Assembly (NCBI GenBank): GCA_951406725.2
Contig: OX597818.1
Location: forward strand, 127,596,001-127,660,000
Direction: 5' to 3'
Length of the DNA stretch: 64,000 bases
From: Octopus vulgaris
Taxonomy: Eukaryota
Both the position numbers and the translations under genes were made by a program. Shown here one piece after another: positions 60,901 through 64,000 of the stretch (the first letter of the stretch is position 1; every line of letters begins with the position of its first letter). The notes beneath the pieces are model-generated. The model was not told where the DNA came from. It made no database searches and saw only the letters and a list, made by a program, of their open reading frames with translations.

Positions 60901-60931
<31 letters not shown>

Positions 60932-60949
60932 TGTATGTATGTATGTATG

Positions 60950-61031
<82 letters not shown>

Positions 61032-61169
61032 GAAGTGTAAGAATATGAAGGGAGAAAAATAGAAGATAATGGGTGAAGTAGGAGAAAGGGTTGCTTGCGC
61101 AGGCATTGGTGTTGGCGGTGCAGAAGGTCGTCTGCTTATCAGCTCCGGTTGCACTAAAGCAAAAATGTG

Positions 61170-61230
<61 letters not shown>

Positions 61231-61767
61231 ATGTATTTGTTTGTTTGTGTGTGTGTGTGCGTGTGGGTTGTAGGTGGAGTTGTGTGATTTTCATGGCTTG
61301 ACTCCTTCCCACCAAGGAAAGGTTTATCTACGTCAACCACAGGCTCGCTGGTGCTGGTTGTTGGCCGTTATGCGACAGGCCCGCCTGATCTCAGCAGGCG
61401 GCTAGAATGGTAATTCTGTCCCGGGTTTGGTGCTGCAATGTCGCAGTTCTTTATACACACACACACACACACACATACCCATATATGTATACGTACATAT
61501 TATTGTGTCAATAAAGGAAATCCTTATCAATCATATGACAGTTTCGTTTTGAGTTCGAATCTAACTGAAACCGATTTTGTCTTTGCTTTCCTTCAAGAGT
61601 TGACAAAATAAAATATCGATCAAATATTGATATCGTTATGATTGCCTGACATATTTCTATGAATATGGAAACCAATCACCAATCGTTTTGACATCAATCC
61701 GTATTAGATAACAAAGCTTCTATTTAACAGAGCGTTTACATTTTGTCCAATCCTTCTGCGTACGTAT

Positions 61768-61842
<75 letters not shown>

Positions 61843-61843
61843 T

Positions 61844-62063
61844 GTTTCTTTATTAGCCACTCAGGGCTACACACAGACAGGACAAAATTACAAGGTAGAG
61901 CTTTTCTTTTGGGGGTAAAAGAAGGGGGTTTGGTTTTCGATCAAAAGGGATCGTAAATGGAAAGAAAGAGGACAAAAAAAGGGGGAGATAAAAAAAAATT
62001 TTAAGGGGGGAGGGGAAAAAAGGGGAAAGGAAAAAATTTGATCAATAGGGATCGTTATCACAG
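61844..62063 (-). mobile_element. Longer copy of the (GATA)n-inserted retroelement 3' end
   Basis: TTTCTTTATTAGCCACTCAGGGCTACACACAGACAGGACAAAATTACAAGGTAGAGCTTTTCTTTTGGGGG; GATA arrays on both sides. Confidence 0.7.
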
Positions 62064-62139
<76 letters not shown>

Positions 62140-62496
62140 TGATAGACCCTCCCCTTGGTTTTGACCTGTGAGGACCCGACAACGTACACTTTCTTTATCA
62201 GTCATAATACTTATGTCGAATGTGACGTTTGACTCCCGCCAATGATTTGCAAAACCCGCAGATTTTGCAAGTATAAGGATTACGAGTCAATGCAAGCGGT
62301 ATATTTGCAGTCGCTTTTCCCCTTTGCCTTGCACCCTTTAGCCTGTTCATGCTGGTTAAAACAAAGTCTCTCGTATCATTTTGACACGACGATCTCTATT
62401 CTGTTTGCTTTAAGACTGTTTGCCCAAAGGTATTATAGGCTATATTAACTGCTCAGAGGTTACTTTTCAGCTTGTCCTTAAACCTAATTAATGGTC

Positions 62497-62553
<57 letters not shown>

Positions 62554-62579
62554 TTATATAATTGCTAAATTAGTTATAT

Positions 62580-62667
<88 letters not shown>

Positions 62668-62863
62668 CAAATATATTTATATATATGTGTGTGTGTGTAT
62701 AACTGATTTAGCAATTATATAAATCATATATATATATATATATATATATAAACACAGTAAAAAGGGTAATAAAATAAATTAATATTACCAGTGATCTAGC
62801 ACAAAAGACAAATTAGTCATTAGACTATATGTTATTCATATATAAGTACATTATATATATATA

Positions 62864-63052
62864 TAGGGAGAGTTTACGAAAAAAACAAAAGACGAAGACA
62901 GGTAGTGTACAAAACAAACAGATGTGTTAGTATAACGCTCAGGCATTGAAAAAGTCTTTTACGTTTCGAGCCTACGCTCTTCTACAGAAAGGGACACAGA
63001 AAAAAAAACAAGGTGAGAAACAAGGAGAGAAAACAAATGTGTGTAGTGGCTT
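62864..63052 (-). mobile_element. Family B element with hammerhead-like motif at 62956-62991 (core CUGUAGA)
   Basis: Minus: cuuu-CUGUAGA-a-gagc[guag]gcuc-GAAA-cgUA-aaag; TA-flanked; homologous to 14583-14770. Confidence 0.6.
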
Positions 63053-63676
63053 ATATATAATATATATATATAATGAGAGAGACGGGAGATGGAAGATACG
63101 AGAATCTTTATTGATCACTTCAATCGTTTCGACCCATCTAGCATCTAGGTGTATCCCTCAATGTAGATGTGTCTCCTCAGGTCATTTCAAGAGGGGTCTC
63201 ATTAAAATAAACTCTATTTCGCACAACTTATTTCTGCATTTTTTCTTCTCAGCCTTTGTACATAGAAATGCCAAATTAAGGCATACAGCTTCATTCTTAT
63301 CGAGTACAGCGAAAATAGTTATTACGTTAATTACACACCCAACGAACACAAAGCAAATAAACGTATTTTACCGGCAAACCACCAGGTGTATACCATACGA
63401 CTTAAACTGTATATATATATAGGCAGATGGCTTATGTCAGGACGCATGGCCTAGTAGGTAGGGTGTTGGACTCATGATCATGAGATCGTAGTTTCAATTA
63501 CTGGAACGGGTGGTACGTCGTGTTCTTGAGCAAAACACGTCATCTCACGTTGCCCAGCGATCACTTCGACACCTAACACGTGGTACACCTTGCCCCTGTT
63601 CAGACAACGTCCATTTGATAGAGAGAATGAGCTAATGTGCGAGACGAACATTTGATCATTATCAACAAATCATAAA

Positions 63677-64000
63677 GGCGGCCAACTGGCAGAAACGTTA
63701 GCACGCCGGGCGAAATGCGTAGCCGTATTTCGTCTGCCGTTACGTTCTGAGTTCAAATTCCGCCAAGGTCGACTTTACCTTTCATCCTTTCGGGGTCGAT
63801 GAATTAAGTACCAGTTACGCACTGAGATCTATGTAATCGACTTAAAACTTTTGTTTGTCCTCTCTGTGTTTGGCCCTTTGTGGGTAGTAAAGAAATAGGT
63901 ATTTCGTCTGTCTTTACGTTCTGAATTCAAATTCGGCCGAGGTCGACTTTGCCTTTCATTCTTTCGGGGTCGATAAATTAAATACCAGTTGCATACTGGG
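63677..64000 (+). mobile_element. SINE family 1 (dimeric, runs off the window)
   Basis: Head and body followed by a second body. Confidence 0.9.

Overview
AT-rich, repeat-saturated eukaryotic DNA, probably intergenic or intronic. The SINE repertoire and dense (TA)n/(TATG)n/(GATA)n/(TAA)n tracts suggest an octopus (cephalopod) genome; this is inference. No intact host protein-coding gene is supportable, and most ORFs in the track are microsatellite translations. Recognisable content: at least four tRNA-derived SINE families; decayed RTE, CR1-like, R4/Dong-like and Tx1-like LINE fragments; a Penelope-like RT pseudogene; MULE-like and Tc1-like transposase remnants; hAT and mariner MITEs; and one 100-N gap. 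The most notable signal is a set of short, non-coding, microsatellite-embedded elements from at least four families. Each carries a minimal type-I hammerhead-ribozyme motif, with family-specific stems that keep their pairing and with core variants, and several sit in fold-back arrangements. Separate microsatellite-targeting retroelements ((TAA)n, (GATA)n) and LINE-SINE shared 3' tails are also visible. Everything was read by eye; family names and ribozyme activity are untested.
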